64,000 nt of DNA from Candidatus Campbellbacteria bacterium (GTDB lineage: Bacteria; Patescibacteriota; Minisyncoccia; Phycocordibacterales; CSBR16-193), in the NCBI GenBank assembly GCA_007117035.1, contig SKHG01000054.1, forward strand, positions 1,060 to 65,059, written 5' to 3'. How positions within the stretch are numbered: position 1 is the first letter of the stretch; every line of letters begins with the position of its first letter. The position numbers and the translations under genes were made by a program. Below are positions 19,441 to 29,254 of the stretch, piece after piece. The notes beneath the pieces are model-generated. The model saw only the letters and a program-made list of their open reading frames with translations, had not been told where the DNA came from and did not search any database.

Positions 19441-20742
19441 ATGAACAAAAAAAACAGCAAAAAGAATTTGGTCTTGTTTACCAGTATCTACCCCCAGTTT
19501 GGAAAATCAGTTAAGGTTTTAAAAAAAACTACAGAAGGTAAAAAATACAGGTACGGTGTTTTGTATAAAAATGATCCTAAGAGTGAAGTTCAGAGATCTA
19601 ATCTTGATCTGTACGATGTTACTATTAAGTGCAACCCAGATTCACCAAAATCAATCATCACAGCTCTAAAACCATACAGAGATGACATTGTTGCTATGTC
19701 TTGTCGAGGAGACATGAACATTCCTATATTTCAAAAGATAATTCCCTATCTGCCATACCTAAAGACCCCCACAACCGATTCATTAGACTGGTCAACCAAC
19801 AAACTGAAAATGCGACAGAGGTTTATGGCCTACGATTCAAGAATCACACCAAAGTATAAATTGGTTAAAGACGCTACTTTGAAAACCATTAAAGAACTTG
19901 AAAATCTGATTGGCTTCCCAATGGTTGTTAAACCAATTGGACTATCTACAAGCCTTTTGGTTAACATTTCATATCATCATGAGGAACTTGAGATGACATT
20001 AAAAAAAGTCCTTAGAAAAATTAAATCTTCACACAAAGAAAACAACGGTAGAGCAGAACCTAGAATTTTAGTTGAACAGTTCATTGATGGCGATATGTAC
20101 TCTGTTGATGCTCATGTAGGTTCCCGAGGTAAAATAGAATTCAATCCTTTTGTTCAAATAAAGACCGGAAGAAATGTTGGATTTGATGACTTTTTTGCCT
20201 ACCAAACCATAACTCCTAGTAATCTAAACAAAAACAGCATCGAAGATGCTCAGGAAGTCAGTCGTAAGGCAATTAGAGCTCTCGGACTTAGAAGTACGAC
20301 AGCACATGTTGAACTTTTAAAGACAGAAAAAGGCTGGAAAATAATCGAAGTTGGACCTCGAATGGGTGGTTTCAGAGATGAGATGTATAAACTTTCATAT
20401 GATACAAACCTTCTATTAAATGACATACTCACAAGAATACCAAATAAAAAAATAATTCTTCCTCAGAAGGTCCAAGGACATACTGCAGTTTTGAAGGTTT
20501 ATCCTAAAAAAGAAGGTTATATAACAAAACTAAAGGGTATAAAGAAATCACAACTTTTGCGTTCATTTCATTCCATAAACATAAAGAAAAAGATTGGCGA
20601 CCGAGCTACTCATGCTAAACATGGTGGTAAGGATATATTCAACATCACCTTTTTTAACAAAGAACGTTCTAAGCTTCTGGCTGACATCAGAAGATTTGAA
20701 CAGATGCTGGAAGTTGAAACACAGCAGGAACGCCTTAATTAA
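19441..20742 (+). CDS. ATP-grasp domain protein (carboxylate-amine ligase); substrate unknown
   Basis: 433 aa. ATP-grasp blocks MVVKPIGLSTS and ILVEQFIDGDMYSVDAHV, with downstream E/N catalytic residues. Confidence 0.55.
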   Translation: MNKKNSKKNLVLFTSIYPQFGKSVKVLKKTTEGKKYRYGVLYKNDPKSEVQRSNLDLYDVTIKCNPDSPKSIITALKPYRDDIVAMSCRGDMNIPIFQKIIPYLPYLKTPTTDSLDWSTNKLKMRQRFMAYDSRITPKYKLVKDATLKTIKELENLIGFPMVVKPIGLSTSLLVNISYHHEELEMTLKKVLRKIKSSHKENNGRAEPRILVEQFIDGDMYSVDAHVGSRGKIEFNPFVQIKTGRNVGFDDFFAYQTITPSNLNKNSIEDAQEVSRKAIRALGLRSTTAHVELLKTEKGWKIIEVGPRMGGFRDEMYKLSYDTNLLLNDILTRIPNKKIILPQKVQGHTAVLKVYPKKEGYITKLKGIKKSQLLRSFHSINIKKKIGDRATHAKHGGKDIFNITFFNKERSKLLADIRRFEQMLEVETQQERLN

Positions 20743-20798
20743 TTGAGAAAGATCAAAATTTGTGATAAAGTGTTATAAACAAATAAGAATAATAAGTC

Positions 20799-21320
20799 GT
20801 GTCATATAATCCAAGGATCAGAATAAACAATCAAATTCGGGCAAGAGACCTTCGAGTTGTAACATTCGAAGGAGAAAATCTCGGTGTTTTGTCTTTGGAA
20901 GAGGCTCTATCAAAAGCCAAAGAGTCTGAACTGGATCTAATCGAGATCTCACCTAACGCTAAACCTCCCGTAGCCAAAATAATGGATTACGGCAAGTTTC
21001 AGTACGATGAAAAGAAGAAAGCTCAGAAAGCTAAAGCCCAGTCACAGGTTACCGAAACTAAAAACATTCAAATTAAGCCTGGTACCGGTGAGCACGATCT
21101 GATGCTAAAAGCCAAAAAGATATCTTCTTGGTTTAAGGAAGGACATCGAGTTAAGGTTGAGCTTTTTCTAAGAGGTCGAGCTAAGTATATGGATAAAAAG
21201 TTTCTAGAGTCTAGACTCCAAAGAATTTTGGATTTGATTACCGAAGAATATCGTATAGCTGACGGACCTAAAAAGAGCCCTAAAGGTCTAATGGTTACTG
21301 TCGAGAGGGAGAAAAAGTAG
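20799..21320 (+). CDS. infC: Translation initiation factor IF-3
   Basis: 173 aa. IF-3 N- and C-domain blocks (RVVTFEGENLGVLSLEEALSKA ... IMDYGKFQY). Forms the infC-rpmI-rplT operon. Confidence 0.85.
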   Translation: MSYNPRIRINNQIRARDLRVVTFEGENLGVLSLEEALSKAKESELDLIEISPNAKPPVAKIMDYGKFQYDEKKKAQKAKAQSQVTETKNIQIKPGTGEHDLMLKAKKISSWFKEGHRVKVELFLRGRAKYMDKKFLESRLQRILDLITEEYRIADGPKKSPKGLMVTVEREKK

Positions 21321-21403
21321 GAAGTCTTTTAGGTTCAAGATTCTAGCCTTACAAACTGAATCAGACTTGCGTTCAGTGTTTATTTATGCAATACTAGCCT
21401 TTT

Positions 21404-21595
21404 ATGAAAACCAATAAATCATTTACAAAACGTTTTAAAGTAACAGGAAAAAAGAAGGTTCTAAAAAGACCTTCCGGACAAAACCACTTCAATTCCAAGA
21501 ATACTGGACGTGAAGGGCTAAAGAAAAAAGGTCACGTTAAAGACAACTTACTATCAAATAAAGTAAAATCACTATTTTTGCCAAAATCTAGATAA
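21404..21595 (+). CDS. rpmI: 50S ribosomal protein L35
   Basis: 63 aa. Basic protein between infC and rplT. KRFKVTGKKKV L35-like N-terminus. Confidence 0.7.
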   Translation: MKTNKSFTKRFKVTGKKKVLKRPSGQNHFNSKNTGREGLKKKGHVKDNLLSNKVKSLFLPKSR

Positions 21596-21612
21596 AGATT
21601 TAATAAAACAAT

Positions 21613-21960
21613 ATGACACGAGTAAAAAAAGCAGTACACGCAATAAAACACAGAAGAAGCACCCTACAAAAAACCAAGGGTTATCGTTTTGGTCGTTCAA
21701 CCAAAGAGAAAGCTGCTAACGAAGCAATCGTACATGCTGGTAAACACGCATTTAACGATCGTCGAAAAAAGAAAGGAGTGTTCAGAGCTCTTTGGAACAT
21801 CAGAATTAACGCTGCATTGACCGGACACGAACTTTCCTACAGTAAGCTTATAAACGCTCTAAAAGTAAAGGAAATAGGCTTAAACAGAAAGGTTCTTTCA
21901 GAGATTGCTAATGAGAACCCTGAAACTTTCTCTAGAATCCTTGAAACGGTCCAGAAATAG
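21613..21960 (+). CDS. rplT: 50S ribosomal protein L20
   Basis: 115 aa. Conserved L20 blocks (RVKKAVHAIKHRR...FRALWNIRINAA). Confidence 0.9.
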   Translation: MTRVKKAVHAIKHRRSTLQKTKGYRFGRSTKEKAANEAIVHAGKHAFNDRRKKKGVFRALWNIRINAALTGHELSYSKLINALKVKEIGLNRKVLSEIANENPETFSRILETVQK

Positions 21961-22003
21961 AAACACTGGTGAGAGTTTAGTTACAAACAATTAAACTTTA
22001 TAG

Positions 22004-22040
22004 GAAATAACCCTACCTTTTTAAAAAGGTAGGGTTATTT
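22004..22040 (+). terminator. Bidirectional terminator-like hairpin after rplT
   Basis: Perfect palindrome aaataaccctaccttttt/aaaaaggtagggttattt. Confidence 0.45.
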
Positions 22041-22061
22041 AAAATCTCCTAAAAGAATAGT

Positions 22062-22487
22062 CTATTTCTGACTACAGTAGACTCTGTAGGCCCAGATTGA
22101 GGCCAACATACCACCAGAAACACCAACCAAAAGATCTGAAACAGTATCAAAAAAATAATCTTGGGAGTAGCTAGTGAATCCAATCTGAAATTCAAAAATC
22201 TCCCAAACAACAGCAATAATAAAAGTAAAGAAAATAGATGTTAACAAGAAGATAACAAAGTTTGTTTGCCGATTAAAGTTCAGTGGTATCGAAAACACAA
22301 AAAATATTAACCACAGAAAAACTAAACCGACCCAGAGACCACCAAGGAAATGAACTAGGATCTGAGACCACCAATAAAACCAGTACATATAAAAAATAAC
22401 TGCAAAGAAATGAGTTAGTAGAAAGACTAGACCCAGAAGAACTATTACAAAAAATAGATTGTTCATGATTTTAAGGACACAGTGCAC
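22062..22487 (-). CDS. Small polytopic membrane protein of unknown function
   Basis: 141 aa with four predicted TM helices. No identifiable motif. Confidence 0.4.
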   Translation of the reverse strand: MHCVLKIMNNLFFVIVLLGLVFLLTHFFAVIFYMYWFYWWSQILVHFLGGLWVGLVFLWLIFFVFSIPLNFNRQTNFVIFLLTSIFFTFIIAVVWEIFEFQIGFTSYSQDYFFDTVSDLLVGVSGGMLASIWAYRVYCSQK

Positions 22488-22819
22488 TAGAAACTAGTAC
22501 ATAAAGTTTAAATATTTCTAAGCCAAAGCTCTCAAATACCCCCTCCTTCTGGAGCTTCCTAAAAAAAATCCAGAAGGAGGGGTTATTAAAATATCGCCAA
22601 TGTACACTATAGTACGTGGGTGCCCGCAACTAACATGGTCAAAGACCGTGTAGCGATATAAGGCTCCCTGGCAAAAAGTATCAAGGAATATTTTAAATAA
22701 CCCCACCAAGAACATTGTAGCATATTTTCAAAACACCGGAAATATAAAAAATATAGGCAAGATTGTATTGTTCTGAACACACTTTTTCTCGAAAAAAGAG
22801 GGCTGTGTATAATTGTGGA

Positions 22820-22850
22820 AAAACTGTGCACAATATGTGCACAGTTTTTT
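22820..22850 (-). terminator. Hairpin terminator immediately downstream of ndk
   Basis: Palindrome aaaactgtgcac-aatat-gtgcacagtttt with flanking T/A runs on both strands. Lies about 25 nt past the ndk stop codon. Confidence 0.5.
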
Positions 22851-22873
22851 AGCCTAAGTTTTAAAATGCTATA

Positions 22874-23473
22874 TTACTCTAAAATACCATCCAGGTTAAC
22901 ATCATACATAATCTGCTCTTGAACCAAACGGTAGTTTGTTAACTCCCCTTCAGTAAACCAATGCTCGATTTCTTTTTCTGCTTCATCATCAGAACCAGAA
23001 GCATGGATAATGTTACGGATCGCTCTGTTATCAGTATCAGCCATACTGTATGAATCTAGAACAAAGTCTCCTCTAACAGTACCAACATCTGAAGATCGTG
23101 GCTCTGTTCCTCCTGTTATCTTTCGAATAACTTCAACCGCATGAGCTCCCTGCCAGACCATTACTATTACAGGACCACTTGTCATGTACCCTTGAAGGTT
23201 CTCCAAAACTTTTTCTCCAACTTCTTCTGGATTTTCAGAAGGTGGTTTCTCACCTTTCTTTTTATAACTCTCAATTGCTTTCTCTCCTACATTTCGAACC
23301 CATGAAGGATTTAATGTGTAGTGTCCTTTAACCTGTTTTTTCTCTGGTACCATCATCTTGATACCAATCAACTTTAATCCAACCCTTTCATATCTTTTTA
23401 TTATCTCTCCGATCAAGGATCTCTGAACCCCGTCCGGTTTAATAATAACCAAAGTTCTTTGTTTGCTTATCAT
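22874..23473 (-). CDS. ndk: Nucleoside diphosphate kinase (long form with insertions)
   Basis: 199 aa. TLVIIKPDGV and NIIHASGSDDEA (the NxxHGSD active-site His region). Confidence 0.8.
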   Translation of the reverse strand: MISKQRTLVIIKPDGVQRSLIGEIIKRYERVGLKLIGIKMMVPEKKQVKGHYTLNPSWVRNVGEKAIESYKKKGEKPPSENPEEVGEKVLENLQGYMTSGPVIVMVWQGAHAVEVIRKITGGTEPRSSDVGTVRGDFVLDSYSMADTDNRAIRNIIHASGSDDEAEKEIEHWFTEGELTNYRLVQEQIMYDVNLDGILE

Positions 23474-23617
23474 ACAAAATTATTCCTTTAATTAAATTAA
23501 TATCGTAACATTTTAACACGTAACCCAACTACTGTGAACTCTCAATTTCTAATTTTTTTTACAAAAAATACAATCATCCAAACAATGAATTTGAATCAAA
23601 TACAGAACACTCTATTT

Positions 23618-26383
23618 TTAGAGCTGATATCGACTATTAATCTCTTGCTCAACTTCTTCTCTAGGGCGACCATACTTTAGTGCTGAGAGTTTTTTGACTG
23701 CATCAATGTTTTCAATAACTGCCTCAGGTGGGGGTAGAGTAGCTACACTAAAAGGATCAGTTGGGTGACCATTTACTAACATTCGTAAATATGAATTTCG
23801 GTTTTGAACATTTAAGAGATCTTGCACAGAAAATGGTGGTGAGAACTGCTTTTCTAGATACTCAGCGTCGGTGGCACCAACTCGGAAGGCCGCCATGGAA
23901 CCAACGTTACCGATAACAGAATCACGAATATTATCTTCCAACTGGGCAATGTATTGGTGGGCCACAGTCAGGGAAAGTCGGTACTTTCGTGCTTCTGATA
24001 GAATAACCGAGATAGAATCGGTGGTTACGTTCTGGAACTCATCAATATGCAAGTAAAAGGTTGGTAGATTCCGACCATCAGTACCTCGCGATAAAGCTGA
24101 AAGAAGTATTTTACCAACAAGAATTAAACCTAGAAGATGTGAGTTTAGATCACCTAGACGACCTTTCGAAAGATTGATTAATAGAATCTTTTTATTATCC
24201 ATTATCTCTCGAAAGTTGAATGACGATTTATGCTGTAAGACGATTGGTCGAATAATATCGTTTGATAGAAAGACATCAAACTTACTTGTTATGTAGGGTA
24301 CGATGTTTGCCAATGATGCCTCCCCTCCAGCTTTCTGAGCTACTTTTTCCCAGTACTGCTTAACCACAACATTGTTACAGCGTGAAAGTTTATATTTCCT
24401 AAATTCCTCGTCAGCCAAAACTCTAGACACTTCCAGTAAGGTATTTCCAGATTCCGGGTCTTCCATAACCAACAAAGCTGAGTTACGAAAATACTGCTCA
24501 AACATCGGTCCACCTGTTGATTTCAAATCGAACAACTTATCAAAAATTGCAAAAAGTTCATTAACAACAAAAGTTTTTTGCTCTGGTGAGTTCTGATCGT
24601 ACTCGAGCATATTAAGCCCCATTGGCCGTTCTGTGTCCGCAGGATCAAAATAAATAACATCATCAATCCTCTCTTTTGGTACAGTAGCTAAAACATCATC
24701 TAGGTCGGAACCGTGTGGGTCAATCATACAGACACCGTCACCCCGTTGAATATCCTGAGTTATCATATTTTTCAGGAGAGTAGATTTTCCAGTACCAGTT
24801 TGTCCTATAACATAAAAGTGTCTCAGACGATCCTCCTCGGTTATCCGAATCTCCTTTTCTTCACCACGATGCCTGTTAACTCCAAGCAAAACACCGTCCT
24901 TAGACATATCTGTTGGTGCTGGCGCGGTTGTAGTGTAATTTTGTTTAAGCTGTGTGGCTGACTCAAGACCTTCTGTCTGGAAATGCATAAAAGTACTTAT
25001 TTCTTTTAGATTCAAAGCCAAAGCTCTGTCGTTACGAAATCTTCTAAACGAGAAATCCTTGGCTAATCTATTAAGTTTTGAACCTGTCATTCTGTTAAAA
25101 GAAAATCTATTTCCACCAGAACCCCTTTCAAACTGATTAAAACTAGACTCAATATTGTATAAAATATCTTCTGCCTCTTTTTTGGTTCTAGATGAAGCCA
25201 AAATTCGCATATTGCTCCAAACCAATGGTGAGCTTGTCTTTCTCTGAATGTTCTCTATCATTGCCTCGTCAATTTTATTTTCTGTCGGTGCTGCGTCTTT
25301 CTTTTTAGGTTTTAAAATATCTAGGAAAAGATACTTGAATTCTTTAGCGACCTCTCCAACAAAACTTTTAGGAATATCAAGTGCTTTGTGGGAGGACTCA
25401 CCATTCCGTATTTTATTCAAGGCTCTAGAATATTTATTCATTATATCCTCACCACCTTTGGGTTTAACCACAATCTGAATCGCCACACCTTCACCTTCAT
25501 GATCAACTTTAGAAAAACTATTCAGAACACTGTTTAATGGATCTAGATCAAATTCATCATATGTTCGGATTGGAAATATATGTCTCTTCTTTAATGAGGC
25601 GTAGGATCCTGCCACCACACCTTCTGGATTAAAAATATTATAATCATCTTTTTTCTCAACCAAGGTTGCGTCTGGGAAAACACCTAGAAGTTGTTTCTCA
25701 AAAAGCTCTCTACGGTCTCGAGGCACAGCAACATAAAAAACAAAGTTGCTTCCAATGTTTTCTAAAGCTAGCTCAATTGAAAACTGTGGCAGACCTGCTT
25801 CGGAGTTCTTAACCGAAAGCATTCCTGTATAAAACTGCTCCATCGATGAAATGATGGTTTTTAGGTCACGACCTCTGTCCTCATTTTTTACAGAACGTCT
25901 TGCTGTAACTTCAAAGAGTACCATATTCAGTTCTCGCCCAAACTCTGAACGACGGCCCACACCATCAGAATATCCTTTTTTAACATAAGCCACTAAGAAA
26001 CGATGAAAATCATCCTGAATATGAGGGCTTTTCATCTTATCAACGACTCGTAAAGCATTTTTTATACCCTTGTTCTTGACCAAAGATATTAACTCTTGCA
26101 TCTGGTCATCGTGTTCTTCTGGAGAAAGGTCTAAGACAATTTTATTTAGCTCTATTTCATCTAAAACAGTATCAGGGTGAATCACTTCAGAAAACTCTCT
26201 TTTTTTGTATTCTCCAACTTGTTCTAGGATGAGGTCTTCTTCTGAAACTGGACTTTCAATTCCAGACTTTTCGCTTAGTTCCCTTTTTCGATCCTCAACT
26301 TTTTGTTGTATAAAATCACGCTCCGCTTCTGGAGATCTTGAGAGAGGTATACTCTCGGGCGATCTGTTGCTGTTTTCAGACAT
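23618..26383 (-). CDS. Large P-loop ATPase of the TraD/TrwB/VirD4 (type IV coupling protein, AAA_10) family with a ~500-aa N-terminal region of unknown function
   Basis: 921 aa. GQTGTGKSTLL...CMIDPHGSD parallels TrwB GATGTGKS...IVDPNGD. Walker B HIDEF. An AHQ motif is present. No other T4SS genes are adjacent. Confidence 0.5.
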   Translation of the reverse strand: MSENSNRSPESIPLSRSPEAERDFIQQKVEDRKRELSEKSGIESPVSEEDLILEQVGEYKKREFSEVIHPDTVLDEIELNKIVLDLSPEEHDDQMQELISLVKNKGIKNALRVVDKMKSPHIQDDFHRFLVAYVKKGYSDGVGRRSEFGRELNMVLFEVTARRSVKNEDRGRDLKTIISSMEQFYTGMLSVKNSEAGLPQFSIELALENIGSNFVFYVAVPRDRRELFEKQLLGVFPDATLVEKKDDYNIFNPEGVVAGSYASLKKRHIFPIRTYDEFDLDPLNSVLNSFSKVDHEGEGVAIQIVVKPKGGEDIMNKYSRALNKIRNGESSHKALDIPKSFVGEVAKEFKYLFLDILKPKKKDAAPTENKIDEAMIENIQRKTSSPLVWSNMRILASSRTKKEAEDILYNIESSFNQFERGSGGNRFSFNRMTGSKLNRLAKDFSFRRFRNDRALALNLKEISTFMHFQTEGLESATQLKQNYTTTAPAPTDMSKDGVLLGVNRHRGEEKEIRITEEDRLRHFYVIGQTGTGKSTLLKNMITQDIQRGDGVCMIDPHGSDLDDVLATVPKERIDDVIYFDPADTERPMGLNMLEYDQNSPEQKTFVVNELFAIFDKLFDLKSTGGPMFEQYFRNSALLVMEDPESGNTLLEVSRVLADEEFRKYKLSRCNNVVVKQYWEKVAQKAGGEASLANIVPYITSKFDVFLSNDIIRPIVLQHKSSFNFREIMDNKKILLINLSKGRLGDLNSHLLGLILVGKILLSALSRGTDGRNLPTFYLHIDEFQNVTTDSISVILSEARKYRLSLTVAHQYIAQLEDNIRDSVIGNVGSMAAFRVGATDAEYLEKQFSPPFSVQDLLNVQNRNSYLRMLVNGHPTDPFSVATLPPPEAVIENIDAVKKLSALKYGRPREEVEQEINSRYQL

Positions 26384-26512
26384 AAATTAATTATTTATAT
26401 AATTTTAGCACAGATTGCTAAAATACACATAGCATAAAAAGAGACAACTGTTTTATAGCAACAGTGACTAATTTCAGAGTATCTTATTCAATTTTTATCA
26501 AAAAATTTAACC

Positions 26513-27292
26513 CTAGAAAGTTATTGAAAAAGGAGTAAGAACCTCAACACCCTTCTTTGTTACAACCACTGTCTGTTCAAAATGAGCGCTTAATGTATCA
26601 TCGAAGGTGGAGTAGGTAAAACCATCAGCCTCTAATGATATCTCCCCATTACCAAATGTTAACATCGGCTCAATCGCCAAAACCATTCCTTCCAAGAGCT
26701 TTTCACCAGAACCCTTCTTTCCTGTGTTTGGAATAAAAGGATCTTCGTGAACAGAGTAACCAACTCCATGACCAGCTAGATTTTTAACAACCTCGAGTGA
26801 GTTCTTTTTAGCCACCTCCATAACCGCAGAACCGATATCCCCAACCGAAGAAGAATGTTTGACGGACTTAACCGCATTTTTTAAAGCTTGTTGAGTGGCA
26901 CTTAATAATTTCTTTTTTTTCTCATCTATTTTACCAACTCCAACTGTAACTGCTGCGTCTGTTATGAGGTTTTTGTATGTAAATCCTAGATCAATCGAAA
27001 CCACATCACCTTCCTTCAAGATATAGACACTTTCAGAAGAAACTCCATGAACAATCTCATGATTAACCGAAACACAGACGGCAGACGGATAAGGTCTTGG
27101 AGCGCCTTCAGGAGTGTAGTTTAGAAAAGAAGGTAGTCCACCAAAATCCTCGATAAGCTGGCGACCTTTTTGATCAAGATCAGCAACTGCTGTTCCTGGT
27201 TTAGAAAGTTCAGCTAGCTTCAATAAAATTTCGACATGGCGTCTACCACCTTCTCTCATTATTGATATTTCTTCAGAAGTTTTTATACTCAT
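26513..27292 (-). CDS. map: Methionine aminopeptidase type I
   Basis: 259 aa. Pita-bread fold metal ligands. Conserved VCVSVNHEIVHG and HGVG blocks. Confidence 0.9.
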   Translation of the reverse strand: MSIKTSEEISIMREGGRRHVEILLKLAELSKPGTAVADLDQKGRQLIEDFGGLPSFLNYTPEGAPRPYPSAVCVSVNHEIVHGVSSESVYILKEGDVVSIDLGFTYKNLITDAAVTVGVGKIDEKKKKLLSATQQALKNAVKSVKHSSSVGDIGSAVMEVAKKNSLEVVKNLAGHGVGYSVHEDPFIPNTGKKGSGEKLLEGMVLAIEPMLTFGNGEISLEADGFTYSTFDDTLSAHFEQTVVVTKKGVEVLTPFSITF

Positions 27293-27339
27293 AATAATAA
27301 ATTATTAAATACACAACATCACACCGTGGTATATATATT

Positions 27340-27942
27340 CTATAGTAAATTAGTTTGACTCAAAATATCTTTATGGACATCTTCAGCTGATTGTTCACCG
27401 TTAATTGACAAGAAAGTAAAGTAGGAATCTTCTTTAAAGTAATTTATAGCTGGGACCACTGTTTTCTCGTACCAATCTAGACGATTATCAATACTCTCAC
27501 TACTATCATCACTACGATTTCGCCCTAACAAACGTCTTTTGCACTCTTCTCTTGAAACATCTATGTACACAATGTAGACAGGGTTTCGTCCGTAATACTT
27601 AAATGTTTCAGCCAAAATAGGAGCTTCCTCGAGTCGACGAGACGCACCATCAAAAATCAAATGCTCATGACCTTTGAAGTTAGACAACAAATATTCGCCC
27701 CACATCCAGATTGGTAAAAAGGCAGGTAGTAGACCACCCTTCTTTATGGTCTCACGAATACAATCTCCGGTATGAGTATGGTTAGTTTTTATTAATTCTC
27801 GAAACAAAGAGCCTGTTTCAATATATATCACTTTTTCTTCACCTTTCTCTTTCAAAAAATCAACCATCTTAGTAGCTTGGGTTCCCTTTCCAGCACCTGA
27901 ACGACCAAAGAACACAAATGAATGTGGTTTTTTATCTAGCAT
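27340..27942 (-). CDS. adk: Adenylate kinase
   Basis: 200 aa. P-loop GRSGAGKGTQA. Position after secY is classical. Confidence 0.85.
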   Translation of the reverse strand: MLDKKPHSFVFFGRSGAGKGTQATKMVDFLKEKGEEKVIYIETGSLFRELIKTNHTHTGDCIRETIKKGGLLPAFLPIWMWGEYLLSNFKGHEHLIFDGASRRLEEAPILAETFKYYGRNPVYIVYIDVSREECKRRLLGRNRSDDSSESIDNRLDWYEKTVVPAINYFKEDSYFTFLSINGEQSAEDVHKDILSQTNLL

Positions 27943-27973
27943 TAAAATTTTAGGTTAAATCTTAACTAATAAA

Positions 27974-29248
27974 TTAGTACTCTCTCAAAGCAATTTGAGC
28001 ATCTATCTTTTTGATAAGGTCAGTTACCACAACTACAGTAATCAAAAGAGCAGTACCACCAATAGCCAAAGCACCAATACCAGTTATAGACTGCATGACC
28101 AAAGGTAAGACCGCTACAGTACCTAAAAATAACGCACCCACTAGAGTTAGACGAGTTAAGACATCACCAATGTAATTAGCTGTTGCCTCTCCTGGGCGAA
28201 CACCAGCAATGAAGGCTCCGCCTTTTTGTAGGTTGCTAGCCACACTTTTTGGATCAAAGGTAATAGCAATATAGAAATAAGTAAATCCAAAGACCAGTAA
28301 GAAATACAAGGTGGCGTAGATCCATTCAGTTGTAAGCTGTGTCAAAAGGAAGTTTGCTACCTGTACTACCGTTGGGTTATCAACCCTGGTCAAAAACTCC
28401 AAGATAGTCTGTGGGAAAAGTAAAATAGAAAGACCGAAGATTATAGGGATAACACCTCCTTGGTTTAAACGAAGTGGTAAATAAGTCAAAATTCCTCCAC
28501 CTGAAGACTGTCCACGAACTTGTTTAGCGTATGTAATTGGAATCTGTCGCTCAGCTTCAGTTATAACAACAACACCGAAGATGACAATAAGAGCAATAGC
28601 AGCAAAACCAACCAACATCGGAATATCAGCCGGATCAAAAGCAACTAATCTCTCCGCTACGAAACCAGGAAGTGAAGCCACAATACCAGCAAAGATCAAA
28701 AGGGACACACCATTACCAATTCCATACTGTGTGATAAGTTCACCAATCCACATCAACAGAACCGAAGCACCGATAATAACAATAATATTAGTCATAAACT
28801 GGAAAGGCTCAAGATCCAGTAGAACACCTTCACCTCTCAGAAGCATCAAAAAACCAAAAGACTGAATAGCTGCAATCGGCACTGTCAACATTCGGGAATA
28901 CTGCACAAACGTTCTTCGGCCAGCCTCACCCTCATCTTGGTACAAAGCTTTGAGTTTAGGAGAAACGACAGTCATCAACTGCATAATAATGCTTGAGGTA
29001 ATAAACGGCCCAAGACCAAGCATCACTATCGAAAAATTAGAAAGACCTCCACCAGCAAAAATATCAATAAAACCAAAGAACTCTTCTTGGGTAAAGAAAT
29101 CTGCCAACCTATCCGAATCAACACCTGGAACTGGAATCGATCGCAGGATTGTAAAAATCATTAAACCACCAAGGATGAAAAGGATTCTCCTTCTCAAATC
29201 CTCGTCGGAGGAAATGAACTTAAGTTTATGTAAAAATGTATCCCACAT
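27974..29248 (-). CDS. secY: Preprotein translocase subunit SecY
   Basis: 424 aa. 10-TM protein with conserved SecY blocks (GLGPFITSSIIMQL, NQGGVIPIIF). Confidence 0.9.
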   Translation of the reverse strand: MWDTFLHKLKFISSDEDLRRRILFILGGLMIFTILRSIPVPGVDSDRLADFFTQEEFFGFIDIFAGGGLSNFSIVMLGLGPFITSSIIMQLMTVVSPKLKALYQDEGEAGRRTFVQYSRMLTVPIAAIQSFGFLMLLRGEGVLLDLEPFQFMTNIIVIIGASVLLMWIGELITQYGIGNGVSLLIFAGIVASLPGFVAERLVAFDPADIPMLVGFAAIALIVIFGVVVITEAERQIPITYAKQVRGQSSGGGILTYLPLRLNQGGVIPIIFGLSILLFPQTILEFLTRVDNPTVVQVANFLLTQLTTEWIYATLYFLLVFGFTYFYIAITFDPKSVASNLQKGGAFIAGVRPGEATANYIGDVLTRLTLVGALFLGTVAVLPLVMQSITGIGALAIGGTALLITVVVVTDLIKKIDAQIALREY

Positions 29249-29254
29249 ATTTTA

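Noticed and set aside
22560-22720. Considered whether this segment encodes SRP RNA (ffs), 6S RNA or RNase P RNA
   Set aside because: None of the conserved motifs (for example the SRP domain IV GGAA tetraloop context or RNase P P4 sequences) is recognisable, and the length and structure do not fit. It is kept only as an unexplained palindromic region.
22518-22831. Two overlapping minus-strand ORFs (65 and 74 aa) in the 22488-22873 intergenic region
   Set aside because: They overlap each other, have no Shine-Dalgarno sequence and no recognisable domain, and span the palindromic elements. They are more likely non-coding.
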